Origin: Candidatus Limihabitans stercoravium
GTDB lineage: Bacteria; Bacillota; Clostridia; Christensenellales; CAG-314
Assembly: GCA_018715495.1 (NCBI GenBank)
Contig: DVLO01000022.1
Span: 77,172-141,171 of the forward strand
Reading direction: 5' to 3'
Length of the DNA: 64,000 bases
In this document: positions 1 to 9,877 of the stretch, piece after piece
How the letters are laid out: each line of letters opens with the position of its first letter
How positions within the stretch are numbered: the stretch's first letter is position 1
Position numbers and translations under genes: made by a program
Notes under the pieces: generated by a model
Seen by the model: only the letters and a program-made list of their open reading frames with translations
Databases searched by the model: none
What the model was told of the DNA's origin: nothing

Positions 1-350
1 GTGATATTGTAAATACAGCCATTAACAACATCGGTCACATTGCCGAAGTAAACACAATAGTTGGCCAGCCAATCATTGCTCCGGACGGAACAACAATAAT
101 GCCCGTTTCACAACTGACATTCGCCTTCATGGCGGGCGGCGGTGAATACGGTGATAAAATAAACAAGAGCATAATGAAAGATGACTACATCGGTCACTTT
201 GCAGGCGGTTCGGGTGGCGGCGCTACGCTTACACCTGTCAGTTTCCTTGTCGTTGGAAAAGATGGTGTAAAGGTTTTAAAGGCCAGCGAAGAAGGCCCGC
301 TTGAAAAATTGTTCGATGTGGCAAAGGGGATGTTCGGTGATAAAAACTAA
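1..350 (+). CDS. ytfJ: Sporulation protein YtfJ/GerW family (5' end outside window)
   Basis: Frame 3 is open from the window edge. Translation ...PDGTTIMPVSQLTFAFMAGGGEYG...GGSGGGATLTPVSFLVVGKDGVKVL fits the YtfJ pattern. Confidence 0.75.
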   Translation, partial: DIVNTAINNIGHIAEVNTIVGQPIIAPDGTTIMPVSQLTFAFMAGGGEYGDKINKSIMKDDYIGHFAGGSGGGATLTPVSFLVVGKDGVKVLKASEEGPLEKLFDVAKGMFGDKN

Positions 351-1356
351 ACGTGTACTACTTGCGGCAACACTTGTTCTGATATGTTGTATGTTCATGT
401 CCTATGCGGCAGCCGCCGAGCTGACTGTGGCTCAATCGGCGGTACTCATGGAACGTGACAGTGGTAGAGTGCTTTATTCAAAGAACATGGACAAGCAACT
501 TCCCATGGCAAGTACTACAAAAATAATGACTGCTCTTGTTGTTGCGGAAAACAATGCTATGGATGAGGTCGTGACGGTAGACAGCCGTGCTGTGGGCATT
601 GAAGGGTCTTCCATATATCTAAGGGAAGGACAGAAATTTACCGTCAAGGAGTTACTGTGCGGATTAATGTTGCGAAGCGGTAATGACGCAGCTGTTGCTC
701 TTGCACTGCACACAAGCGGTAGTGTTGACGATTTCGTGGCGTTGATGAACCAACGTGCTGAAAGTATAGGGGCAACAAGAACACACTTTTCCAATCCTCA
801 CGGATTGCCTTGCGACAACCATTACACGACGGCGTACGATCTGGCATTGATAACGGCATGTGCATTGAAAAATCCTACAGTACATGAGGTTGTTTCCCTT
901 AAAAAAGCAGTGCTGAACAACGATGGAAATAACATTGTGATCTTCAATAAAAATAAACTGCTCAACGAAATGTCTGACGCAGATGGCGTCAAAACCGGTT
1001 ATACTACCAAGGCAGGACGCTGTTTTGTGGGAAGTGCAACAAGAAATGGAATGCAACTGATTGCAGTGGTACTCAACTGTGGACCAATGTTCGAAAATGC
1101 CGAAAGCATGCTAAATTGGGGCTTTTCTCAATATACTATGACTAACATAGTACCACAAAATAAGCCTGTAGCCATCCCTGATAAGCAAAATAAGGTGTAT
1201 TACTGCAGACAGCCATTCAGTTTTCCTTTGAAATCAGACGGAAGTGAAGACAATTTAGTCAGTAAAAAAATAGAGAGATCAACTGATGGTGTTTATTATA
1301 TGAATATATATTTCAATAAACAGTTGATTTTTTCACAAAAAATGGTTACTATATAG
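337..1356 (+). CDS. Serine-type D-alanyl-D-alanine carboxypeptidase (S11, DacB/DacF-like)
   Basis: STTK (SxxK), SGN and KTG motifs plus an N-terminal hydrophobic signal. GTG 337 is preferred over TTG 301, which overlaps ytfJ. Confidence 0.85.
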   Translation: MIKTKRVLLAATLVLICCMFMSYAAAAELTVAQSAVLMERDSGRVLYSKNMDKQLPMASTTKIMTALVVAENNAMDEVVTVDSRAVGIEGSSIYLREGQKFTVKELLCGLMLRSGNDAAVALALHTSGSVDDFVALMNQRAESIGATRTHFSNPHGLPCDNHYTTAYDLALITACALKNPTVHEVVSLKKAVLNNDGNNIVIFNKNKLLNEMSDADGVKTGYTTKAGRCFVGSATRNGMQLIAVVLNCGPMFENAESMLNWGFSQYTMTNIVPQNKPVAIPDKQNKVYYCRQPFSFPLKSDGSEDNLVSKKIERSTDGVYYMNIYFNKQLIFSQKMVTI

Positions 1357-1386
1357 GTGACTATTTTTTGTTTTATGAGGGGTTTT

Positions 1387-2100
1387 ATGAGACTTAATAA
1401 ATACCTTGCGGACTGCGGTGTCGCCAGCCGCAGAGCATGTGACAAACTCATTGCTGAGGGCGCAGTACGTGTCAACGGCAAGGTGGCAGGTTTGGGAACC
1501 GAAATAAACGAAGCTAACGACAGTGTAACGGTCAATGGCAGACGTGTCACTCTTTCCAAGAAGAATTACTACATCATGCTGCACAAACCTAAGGGCTGTG
1601 TCACAACGGTATCGGATGAACTGGGCAGAAAGACTGTAATGGATCTGATTAACGTCAAGGCACGCATTTATCCTATTGGCCGTCTTGACTACGACACCGA
1701 AGGACTGTTGCTCCTGACAAGTGACGGTGACCTTGCTAATCTTCTGACACGCCCGTCATCCAATGTGTCGAAGACTTACATCGCACGTGTTTCAGGTCAG
1801 GTCACTGATGCCGAAGTAAACAAACTGCGCAGTGGCGTAATCATAGATGGCAAAAAGACATTGCCTGCACAGGTTTCTGTACTGGAAAAAGACGACCATC
1901 ACACACGTTTGCAAATCTCAATAACAGAAGGTCGCAACAGGCAAATAAAGAAAATGTGTGAAGCTGTTGGTCACGAAGTTGAATTTCTGAAACGTGTAGC
2001 CATTGGCGAATTGCGTCTTGGCGGTCTGACACGCAGCAAGTGGCGCTATCTCACGGACAAAGAAGTTGCCTACCTCAAATCACTGGGAGGAGAAGAATGA
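1387..2100 (+). CDS. rluB: Pseudouridine synthase, RsuA/RluB family (S4 domain + catalytic GRLDYDTEGLLLLTSDG)
   Basis: S4-like N-terminus MRLNKYLADCGVASRR and the catalytic Asp motif. ATG 1387 follows GAGGGG. Confidence 0.85.
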   Translation: MRLNKYLADCGVASRRACDKLIAEGAVRVNGKVAGLGTEINEANDSVTVNGRRVTLSKKNYYIMLHKPKGCVTTVSDELGRKTVMDLINVKARIYPIGRLDYDTEGLLLLTSDGDLANLLTRPSSNVSKTYIARVSGQVTDAEVNKLRSGVIIDGKKTLPAQVSVLEKDDHHTRLQISITEGRNRQIKKMCEAVGHEVEFLKRVAIGELRLGGLTRSKWRYLTDKEVAYLKSLGGEE

Positions 2101-2843
2101 ACATACTTCTGACAAATGACGACGGTATACATTCCGAAGGATTGCAGTTGATGTGCAAAACACTGTCTCAACTTGATGGAGTAAATGTCTATGTCGTGGC
2201 TCCTGACAGTCAGCGTTCGGCGTTTTCTCATGCAATCAACTTTCACAAGTCAGTAAAGTTTCTACCCGTTTCTGATTATTTCGGAGCTGTAATGGCATTC
2301 GCAAGCGAAGGCACTCCTGCTGACTGCGTGAAATTTGCAGACAAGAATCTGGAAGTGGATTTCGATCTTGTTATTTCCGGACCAAACAACGGCGAAAATT
2401 ACGGGCACGACATTTTGTATTCGGGTACTGTAGGCGCTGCAGAAGAAGCAATACTCTGCGGACTACCTGCCGTTGCAGTGTCAAGACTGGGAATGTCGGG
2501 TGACTACAATGCGTGCGTACTGTTTGTCAGAGATAATCTTGACAGGCTGTTAAAGTTTGACTACGATCAGTGTCTTATAAACATAAATGTGCCTGTACTT
2601 CCATACGAACAGATCAAAGACAACGTGAAAGTGACTGTTCAAGGTGGTGCGTTATTTGACGATTACTACGAAAAGGCTGAAGGTGAACATTGCTGGCGTC
2701 TGGTAGGTGACAAGGTGTTTACCCATCCCGATTCCGACTGCGACGTAGCATGGGCGGAGAAAGGATACATCACAATTACGCCATTGAAAATTTCACAGAC
2801 CGATTACGACAAACTGCAAAAAGTAAAGGAATTGTTTAAATGA
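2097..2843 (+). CDS. surE: 5'/3'-nucleotidase SurE
   Basis: MNILLTNDDGIHSEGL N-terminus and the SGPNNGEN motif. ATGA overlap with the rluB stop. Confidence 0.9.
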   Translation: MNILLTNDDGIHSEGLQLMCKTLSQLDGVNVYVVAPDSQRSAFSHAINFHKSVKFLPVSDYFGAVMAFASEGTPADCVKFADKNLEVDFDLVISGPNNGENYGHDILYSGTVGAAEEAILCGLPAVAVSRLGMSGDYNACVLFVRDNLDRLLKFDYDQCLININVPVLPYEQIKDNVKVTVQGGALFDDYYEKAEGEHCWRLVGDKVFTHPDSDCDVAWAEKGYITITPLKISQTDYDKLQKVKELFK

Positions 2844-4060
2844 AAGTAGCAATCATCGGCGGCGGCCCTGCCGGAATGATGGCAGGTATATCCGCATCAG
2901 CAAACGGTGCGGATGTCGTTTTGTTTGAAAAGAACAACAAACTTGGCAAGAAAATCTACATAACGGGAAAGGGCAGATGTAACGTTACCAATGCCTGCGA
3001 CAAAAGAGAGTTTCTCAACAATGTTGCAACGAATGCTAAGTTCCTGTTCGGTGCAATAGGCAGGCTTGACAGTGATGCCTTGTGCAATATGCTGACAGAC
3101 AACGGATTAGCATTAAAGGTGGAACGTGGCAATCGTGTTTTTCCACAGTCCGACAAGGCCAGCGACGTTACAGCGACACTGGAAAAAATGTTGCGCAGAA
3201 ACGGTGTGGTTGTAAGACTCAACAGCAAGGTGCAATATATAAGTAAATCCGAAGAAGGATTGATTGTGTCAGTCAACGGCGAAGAACTGTTTTTTGACAG
3301 AGTTATTGTTGCGACGGGTGGCGTTTCCTACAGCCCTACGGGAAGCGACGGCGACGGCTACAAATTCGCTCAACAACTTGGTCACAACATAGTTGAGCCC
3401 CGACCTGCTTTGTGTGAACTGCTACTCAAGGAAAATCACGATCTTGAGGGGCTTTCCCTTAAAAACGTTGAAGTTTCCGTCTTGCGTGACGGCAAGTGTG
3501 TTGCTACGCAATTCGGTGAAATGTTGTTCACCTCTCACGGTGTTAGTGGTCCTTGTGTTCTTACATTGTCCAGTCTTATAAATAAAAAACCTGTAAAAGG
3601 GGCAGTGTTGTCCATCGACCTCAAACCTGCATTGACTGATGAACAGCTTGATCAACGACTGCAAAGAGACTTTGCTAAGTACATTAACAAGGATTTCCGA
3701 AACTGCCTGTTTGATTTATTGCCCGAAAGACTGTGTAACGAAGTGGTGTTGCGCAGCAAAATCAATCCGTTCACAAAGGTAAATAAAATCACAGCCGAAC
3801 AGCGCAGACAAGTAGGACATTGTATCAAGAATCTTACATTTACAATAAATTCGCTTGGTGACATCGAACGTGCCATTGTCACTTGCGGTGGGGTGGACGT
3901 AAAACAAGTCAACCCATCCACAATGCAATCCAAGGTTGTAAAGGGATTGTATTTTGCCGGCGAAGTGCTGGATGTCGACGCTTTTACGGGCGGTTTCAAT
4001 ATGCAGATAGCATTTTGTACAGGCTATACGGCAGGCATGGACGCTGCTAAGGAGTATTGA
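2840..4060 (+). CDS. FAD-dependent flavoprotein, HI0933/YhiN (BaiN-like) family
   Basis: IIGGGPAGMMAG dinucleotide-binding motif, about 400 aa, and a C-terminal GGFN...AFCTGYTAG pattern typical of the family. Confidence 0.8.
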   Translation: MKVAIIGGGPAGMMAGISASANGADVVLFEKNNKLGKKIYITGKGRCNVTNACDKREFLNNVATNAKFLFGAIGRLDSDALCNMLTDNGLALKVERGNRVFPQSDKASDVTATLEKMLRRNGVVVRLNSKVQYISKSEEGLIVSVNGEELFFDRVIVATGGVSYSPTGSDGDGYKFAQQLGHNIVEPRPALCELLLKENHDLEGLSLKNVEVSVLRDGKCVATQFGEMLFTSHGVSGPCVLTLSSLINKKPVKGAVLSIDLKPALTDEQLDQRLQRDFAKYINKDFRNCLFDLLPERLCNEVVLRSKINPFTKVNKITAEQRRQVGHCIKNLTFTINSLGDIERAIVTCGGVDVKQVNPSTMQSKVVKGLYFAGEVLDVDAFTGGFNMQIAFCTGYTAGMDAAKEY

Positions 4061-4061
4061 T

Positions 4062-4442
4062 ATGATTGCTATAAGAGGAGCAATATCTGCTCAGAACACA
4101 AAGGAAAGTTTAACGGAAAATACCGAAAAATTACTCATGCAATTACTGGAACGCAATAAAATAACTCCGGGTGATGTTGTAAGTCTGGTATTTTCGCTTA
4201 CACGTGATCTCACTGCAACTAATCCCGCAACCGTTGCACGCACACGTTGCGGATTTACCGACACTGCGTTGTTTTGCATTCAGGAAGCGGAAATTGACGG
4301 GGCTCCACAGTCAATCGTTCGTGTGTTGGCTTTTGTTGAAGACAAGAGCAAAAATGATGTTGTAAATGTCTACCTTGGCAATGCAGCGGGTCTTCAACAG
4401 CAGTTTGACGGTCTGAATGATCAGTTATTTGACAAGCGGTAA
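4062..4442 (+). CDS. aroH: Chorismate mutase, AroH class
   Basis: 126 aa with N-terminus MIAIRGAISA (IRGA motif), resembling B. subtilis AroH. AAGGAG RBS. Confidence 0.75.
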   Translation: MIAIRGAISAQNTKESLTENTEKLLMQLLERNKITPGDVVSLVFSLTRDLTATNPATVARTRCGFTDTALFCIQEAEIDGAPQSIVRVLAFVEDKSKNDVVNVYLGNAAGLQQQFDGLNDQLFDKR

Positions 4443-4494
4443 TTTTTGGTATAAAATAACACCTTGGAATTCATCCAATTAAAGGAGAAGTAAT

Positions 4495-5187
4495 TTGGGA
4501 AAGTTTTTCAGAGGCTTTGTAGACACTGTGAAACACGTTGTCAAGCCTTTTTATCCGGTAAAGTGGTACGGTCCACGTAAATTTGAAAAGAAACGCACGA
4601 TTCTTGTCGGTAACCACATTTCCGGCTGGGATCCCGTGGTATTTACCGTATGGGCAAGAACTCCGGTGTCTTTCATGTACAAGGCTGAATTTGATAAAAG
4701 TTGGTTTTTGCGCAATGTATTTACAGCGCTTGACTTTGTTCCCGTTCACCGTGGCGAAGTAGATATTGCAGCAACCAAGAAAACATTGAAGTTGTTAAAG
4801 GAAGAAAAAATCGTCGGATTGTTTCCCGAAGGAACACGTAATCCCGACGTTGAAACAATGTTGCCGTTGAAGACAGGTGCAGCATTGTTTGCAATAAAGA
4901 CAAAGACCCCTATACGTCCCTACTACATCTGGGAAAAAGCCAAAGTATTTCGCAAGAATTACTACTATGTGGGCGATGAGTTTACGTTAGAACAATTCTA
5001 CGACAAACCAATTACGAAAGAATTGCTCAACGAAGCTACGGTTATAATTGCCGAAAAAATGATGGAAGTTAGAAACAACTTGCTGAAGATTCTTGATGAA
5101 AAGGGAATCAAAAGACGCAAGCGCACAAAGAAGGAACTTGCGAAATTGCAAGAATTTTACAGTAAACAAGGTCAGCAGAAAGAGTGA
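4495..5187 (+). CDS. plsC: 1-acyl-sn-glycerol-3-phosphate acyltransferase
   Basis: NHISGWDP (HX4D) and FPEGTRN motifs. TTG start 6 nt after AAAGGAG. Confidence 0.85.
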   Translation: MGKFFRGFVDTVKHVVKPFYPVKWYGPRKFEKKRTILVGNHISGWDPVVFTVWARTPVSFMYKAEFDKSWFLRNVFTALDFVPVHRGEVDIAATKKTLKLLKEEKIVGLFPEGTRNPDVETMLPLKTGAALFAIKTKTPIRPYYIWEKAKVFRKNYYYVGDEFTLEQFYDKPITKELLNEATVIIAEKMMEVRNNLLKILDEKGIKRRKRTKKELAKLQEFYSKQGQQKE

Positions 5188-7166
5188 AGCAATTTTTCGT
5201 ATATAAAAATCTTGGCTTTTGCAACGGCGTTGAAAGTGCTGTGAAGAAGGCCTTGCAATGTGACAAGGGTACATATTGTCTTGGTGAGATAGTGCACAAC
5301 AAGTTAGTTACTGAGCGCCTGCATTCGCAGGGAATTGTCACCGTCGGCAGTGATGGCGAAATTCCCGACGGGGCAACAGCAGTAATTCGTGCCCACGGCG
5401 TCTCACCGGATGTTTATCAGCGTTTAAAAGCACGCAATGTCACACTGGTGGACGCAACTTGTCCCTTTGTCAGCCTTATACAACGCAAGGCAAAGGAATT
5501 TCACGACAACGGCTACCAGATTGTCCTTGTAGGAAATGCCAAACACCCCGAAATAGTGGGCATTAACGGCTGGTGCAACAACACAGCCATTGTCACGGAC
5601 GGAAGCGTTGCTGTCGACCTCAACAAGTACGAAAAAGTGCTTGTAATGTTCCAGACTACATTTGACAAGGAAAAATATATAAAAAGTTTACAAAATCTTT
5701 TAACGGATAATGTAAAAACACTTGAAATATTTGATACAATTTGCTATACTACAATAGATAGGCAAAACTATGCCCAATTTGTGTCGCAACGCAGTGATTT
5801 TGTCGTCGTGGTGGGAGATCGTCACAGTTCCAATACCAACAAACTGTTCGACATCGCCTCTCGCTACTGCAACAACGTCGCCTGGGTCAGCAACGTGGAT
5901 GAGGTGTGTTTCGACCTGTCAAAATTTAAGAAAATAAGTTTTATTTCAGGTGCATCAACTCCTGCCGAGTTGATGGAGGGGGTTCTTTCAAGAATGAGTG
6001 AAATCGCAAAAGAAGCCGTAGAAGTTACAACAGTAACAGCGGAAGCAAACAACAACAGCACAAACGACAATATTTTCGAACAAGCTGTTAGTCAAATCAA
6101 AGAAGTCAAGTACAGACCTGGCAAAATTGTTAAGTGCAACTTCGTAAGCGCAGTTGACAACGGCGTATTTGTACGTCTGCCCGATTGGAAACAAGATGCT
6201 TTTATTCCTAACGAAGAATTGACATTGGATGACGATTACAGCACTTTCAAGAGCGGTCTTAAGACTGGTGACGAACTGGAATGTTCCGTTGTAACAGTAG
6301 ATGGTGGTAAAATTACCCTTTCCAAAAAGACTGTAGACGCTCGTTACAAGGATGATGAACTTGTCGGAGCTATCAAAGAAGGCAAAGAGTTTGAACTTGT
6401 TATGTCCAAGGTACAGGGCGAACGCCTTATCGGTAAACTGGGCAGCTACACAGTTACAGTACACGCATCTCAGATCAAGATGGGTTTTGTTAAGGATCTT
6501 ACTCCTTATGTTGGTAAGAAACTCCGTCTTGTATCCAGCGCTGAAAAAGTAGACGACGCTAAACATCACATTTCCGCAAGCCAGAGAGCAATTCTTGTTG
6601 CCGAAAAGAAGGCTAAGGAAGACGAATTCTGGAACAACATCGAAGTTGATGAAATCGTTGAAGGTAAAGTTTTGAGATTTGCTCCCTTCGGTGCATTTGT
6701 AAGCGTTCGTGGTTACGACTGCCTTGCTCACACATCCGACCTTGCTTGGGACAGAGTAAACAATCCTGCCGATGTCCTTGAAATCGGCAACACATACGAA
6801 TTCGTTGTTCTTGCTCTTGACAGAGAAAAGAACAGAGTTTCCTTGGGTTACAAGCAACTTCAACCTAAGCCTTGGGAACTTGCTGCTGAAAAGTTTGCAG
6901 CAGGCAACATCGTAAAGGGTAAGGTTGCACGCATCATGCCTTACGGTGCATTTATCGAACTGGACAAGAACATTGACGGTTTGTTGCACGTATCCAACGT
7001 ATCTTGGGAATGGCTTGACGATATCAACAAGGCTTTGACAGTAGGTGACGAAATCGAAGTTCAGGTTTTGGAATTCGATGCTGAAAACAAGCGTATCACA
7101 CTTTCCAGAAAGGCTGTTCTTCCTAAGCCCGAACAACCCGCTAAGCGCACAGAAGACGCTGAATAA
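5184..7166 (+). CDS. ispH: Bifunctional 4-hydroxy-3-methylbut-2-enyl diphosphate reductase (IspH) / ribosomal protein S1-repeat fusion
   Basis: N-terminal roughly 285 aa is LytB/IspH-like (FCNGVESAV, ATCPFV, SSNT). The C-terminus carries four S1 OB-fold repeats (GxV....FGAFV). Confidence 0.9.
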   Translation: MKQFFVYKNLGFCNGVESAVKKALQCDKGTYCLGEIVHNKLVTERLHSQGIVTVGSDGEIPDGATAVIRAHGVSPDVYQRLKARNVTLVDATCPFVSLIQRKAKEFHDNGYQIVLVGNAKHPEIVGINGWCNNTAIVTDGSVAVDLNKYEKVLVMFQTTFDKEKYIKSLQNLLTDNVKTLEIFDTICYTTIDRQNYAQFVSQRSDFVVVVGDRHSSNTNKLFDIASRYCNNVAWVSNVDEVCFDLSKFKKISFISGASTPAELMEGVLSRMSEIAKEAVEVTTVTAEANNNSTNDNIFEQAVSQIKEVKYRPGKIVKCNFVSAVDNGVFVRLPDWKQDAFIPNEELTLDDDYSTFKSGLKTGDELECSVVTVDGGKITLSKKTVDARYKDDELVGAIKEGKEFELVMSKVQGERLIGKLGSYTVTVHASQIKMGFVKDLTPYVGKKLRLVSSAEKVDDAKHHISASQRAILVAEKKAKEDEFWNNIEVDEIVEGKVLRFAPFGAFVSVRGYDCLAHTSDLAWDRVNNPADVLEIGNTYEFVVLALDREKNRVSLGYKQLQPKPWELAAEKFAAGNIVKGKVARIMPYGAFIELDKNIDGLLHVSNVSWEWLDDINKALTVGDEIEVQVLEFDAENKRITLSRKAVLPKPEQPAKRTEDAE

Positions 7167-7250
7167 TCTTGACAATACCGACTACTCAGTGACAAGAGGT
7201 CTCCGACTGTCACTTAGTTTTCGGCAAATATAAATAAAAGGAGAAAACCC

Positions 7251-7505
7251 ATGAACAAACAAGAAATCATTGCTAAGTATGGCAGAAAGGAAGGGGACAC
7301 AGGTTCTCCCGAAGTGCAAGTTGCTCTGTTGACTGCTCGTATCAATCACCTGACAGATCACCTGAGAACGCACGAAAATGACCATCACTCCAGACGTGGT
7401 CTGTTGCAAATGGTTGGTCGTAGAAAGGGTCTTTTGGACTACTTGAAGCAAACCGACATTGAAAGGTACAGACAAATCATTGCAGATCTGGGATTGAGAA
7501 AGTAA
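7251..7505 (+). CDS. rpsO: 30S ribosomal protein S15
   Basis: 84 aa, [45 protein letters not shown]. Confidence 0.97.
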   Translation: MNKQEIIAKYGRKEGDTGSPEVQVALLTARINHLTDHLRTHENDHHSRRGLLQMVGRRKGLLDYLKQTDIERYRQIIADLGLRK

Positions 7506-7516
7506 CATTGAGAAAA

Positions 7517-7554
7517 GGGAGATGGGGCTGTTTATCCCCTGTCTTCCTTTTTTA
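7517..7554 (+). terminator. Intrinsic terminator after rpsO
   Basis: GGGAGA-U-GGGG / CCCC-UG-UCUUCC hairpin followed by T7. Confidence 0.8.
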
Positions 7555-7645
7555 CTATTACTATTTATTATTTTAATTAATTATGTATACAAGTTGTGAA
7601 AGCAACCTACCATATATGTGAGTTTGAAGTAAGGAGAAATGAAGA

Positions 7646-9769
7646 ATGAGTAAATTTAAGAAAGTTGCCGGCAAGATCGGTAACAGAGACTTTTACCTGT
7701 TCGAGATGGAAGTTGGCGGTCGTACTGTCGAAGTTGAAATCGGCAAGTACGCTGAACAGGCTAACGGATCTTGTATGGTAAAGTGTGGCGAAACAGTCGT
7801 AATGACAAACGCTACATTGGCTAGTCAGCCACGTGATGGTATCGATTTCTTCCCCCTGGGTGTAGATTTCGAAGAAAAGATGTACGCTGTGGGTAAGATT
7901 CCCGGCGGATTCAAGAAAAGAGAAGGCAGAGCAAGCGACAAGGCTATACTGACTTCACGTCTTATTGACAGACCTATCAGACCTTTGTTCCCCAAGGGTT
8001 TTTACAACGATGTATCAGTAATTTCCACGGCAATGTCTGTTGAGCCGGACATTCAGCCGGAAGTTTATGCAATGATGGGCAGCAGCATTGCTCTGTCCAT
8101 TTCCGACATTCCTTTTGCAGGTCCTACAGGTAGTGTAGTTGTAGGTTACGTTGACGGTAAGTACATCATCAACCCTACAAACGAACAAAAGGAAAAGAGC
8201 CGTTTGAACCTCAACCTTGCAGGTACTAAGGACGCAATCATGATGGTTGAAGCAGGCGCACAGGAAATTTCCGAAAAGGAAATGCTTGACGCAATTCTGT
8301 TCGGTCACGAAGCAATCAAGGAACAATGCGAATTCATAGAATTTATCGCAAACGAAGTAGGAAAGAAGAAGATTACTCCGGTCTTGCACACAGTTCCTGC
8401 CGAATACGAAGCACTGGTAAGACCTTTCGCCGACAAGTTGTTGGACAAAGCTCTTGATACTTTTGACAGATACGAAAGACAGGCTAACGAAGACGAAGTT
8501 GCAGAAAAGGTAAAGGAACACTTTGCTGAAACAAATCCTGAAGTGCTGCCTCACATCGGTGACATCCTGTACAAGATGACCAAGGAAAAGGTAAGAGCCA
8601 AGATCTTGTATCAAGGTATCAGACCTGACGGCAGAAAGACAGATGAAATTCGTCCTATCTGGTGTGAAGCAGGTATTCTTCCACGTGTTCATGGTAGTGG
8701 CGTATTCACACGTGGTATGACTCAGGTTATCACAACTGCAACACTTGGAACAATTTCCGAAGTTCAGAAGTTGGAAAACCTTGACGAAACCGATTCTTTC
8801 AAGAGATACATTCACCAATACAACATGCCAGGTTACTCAACAGGCGAAGCTAAGCCTCTGAGAAGTCCCGGCAGACGTGAAATCGGTCACGGCGCTTTGG
8901 CTGAACGTGCTTTGGAACCTGTTATCCCCAGCGAAGCAGAATTCCCTTACACAATCCGTACAGTGTCCGAAGTTGTAAGCTCCAATGGTAGTACATCTCA
9001 GGCAAGTATCTGCGGATCTACTCTTGCATTGATGGATGCCGGTGTACCTATCAAGGCTCCTGTTGCAGGTATCGCAATGGGCTTGATGAAGTCCGAAGAT
9101 GGCGAAAAGGTTGCAATCCTATCCGACATTCAGGGATTGGAAGACTTCCTTGGCGACATGGACTTCAAAGTTGCAGGTACAACAAAAGGTATCACAGCAA
9201 TTCAGATGGACATCAAGATCAAGGGTATTGACGAAAACATTCTTCGTACAGCTCTTGAACAGGCAAGAATCGGCAGACTTCACATTCTTGACCAGATGTT
9301 GAAGGTTCTTCCTGAACCCCGTAAGGAACTGAGCAAGTACGCTCCAAAGATCATCTCCTTCCAGATTGACCCTGACAAGATCAGAGAAGTTATCGGAAGC
9401 GGTGGTAAAGTCATCAACAAGATCATCGAAGACACAGGCGTAAAGATCGATATCACAGATGACGGTACAGTGTTCATTGCTACATCTGATTCCGAAATGG
9501 CTGAAAAGGCAAAGAAGACAATCCTTGCAATTGCTAAGGACCCTGAAGTTGGTGAAGAATATACCGGTAAGGTTGTTCGTATCCTTGATTTCGGTGCGTT
9601 TGTTGAAATTGCTCCAGGTAAAGACGGAATGATTCACATTTCCAAACTTTCTAAGGAAAGAGTAGAAAAGGTGACAGATGTTGTCAATGTAGATGATGTA
9701 GTTACCGTAAAAGTAATCAAGATTGATGAAAAGGGTCGTATCGATCTTCGTCTTGTAAAGAAACACTGA
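7646..9769 (+). CDS. pnp: Polyribonucleotide nucleotidyltransferase (PNPase)
   Basis: 707 aa with two RNase PH domains, KH and a C-terminal S1 (GKVVRILDFGAFVEI). Confidence 0.97.
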   Translation: MSKFKKVAGKIGNRDFYLFEMEVGGRTVEVEIGKYAEQANGSCMVKCGETVVMTNATLASQPRDGIDFFPLGVDFEEKMYAVGKIPGGFKKREGRASDKAILTSRLIDRPIRPLFPKGFYNDVSVISTAMSVEPDIQPEVYAMMGSSIALSISDIPFAGPTGSVVVGYVDGKYIINPTNEQKEKSRLNLNLAGTKDAIMMVEAGAQEISEKEMLDAILFGHEAIKEQCEFIEFIANEVGKKKITPVLHTVPAEYEALVRPFADKLLDKALDTFDRYERQANEDEVAEKVKEHFAETNPEVLPHIGDILYKMTKEKVRAKILYQGIRPDGRKTDEIRPIWCEAGILPRVHGSGVFTRGMTQVITTATLGTISEVQKLENLDETDSFKRYIHQYNMPGYSTGEAKPLRSPGRREIGHGALAERALEPVIPSEAEFPYTIRTVSEVVSSNGSTSQASICGSTLALMDAGVPIKAPVAGIAMGLMKSEDGEKVAILSDIQGLEDFLGDMDFKVAGTTKGITAIQMDIKIKGIDENILRTALEQARIGRLHILDQMLKVLPEPRKELSKYAPKIISFQIDPDKIREVIGSGGKVINKIIEDTGVKIDITDDGTVFIATSDSEMAEKAKKTILAIAKDPEVGEEYTGKVVRILDFGAFVEIAPGKDGMIHISKLSKERVEKVTDVVNVDDVVTVKVIKIDEKGRIDLRLVKKH

Positions 9770-9791
9770 CCATATCAGTAATCAATGATGT

Positions 9792-9819
9792 AAAGGCTCT
9801 GTTTAATTACAGAGCCTTT
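9792..9819 (+). terminator. Hairpin after pnp (weak T tract)
   Basis: AAAGGCTCTG / CAGAGCCTTT 10-bp stem. The downstream T-run is poor. Confidence 0.5.
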
Positions 9820-9877
9820 GTGCTCTAATTGACAAATTTTTGCTTCATCAACAATACAATATGTATTGGAGGATGAT

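Noticed and set aside
5988-7175. Long antisense ORFs inside well-supported genes: 5988-7175(-) 395 aa, 8015-8818(-), 9119-9766(-), 30525-31187(+), 33067-33681(+), 41232-41816(-), 44316-44927(+) and 51474-52274(+).
   Set aside because: Each lies fully inside a confidently identified gene on the opposite strand (S1, pnp, rny, miaA, the PBP, nifS, pheT). The translations are low-complexity or Cys/Phe-rich, with no recognisable motifs or RBS. They are typical shadow ORFs.
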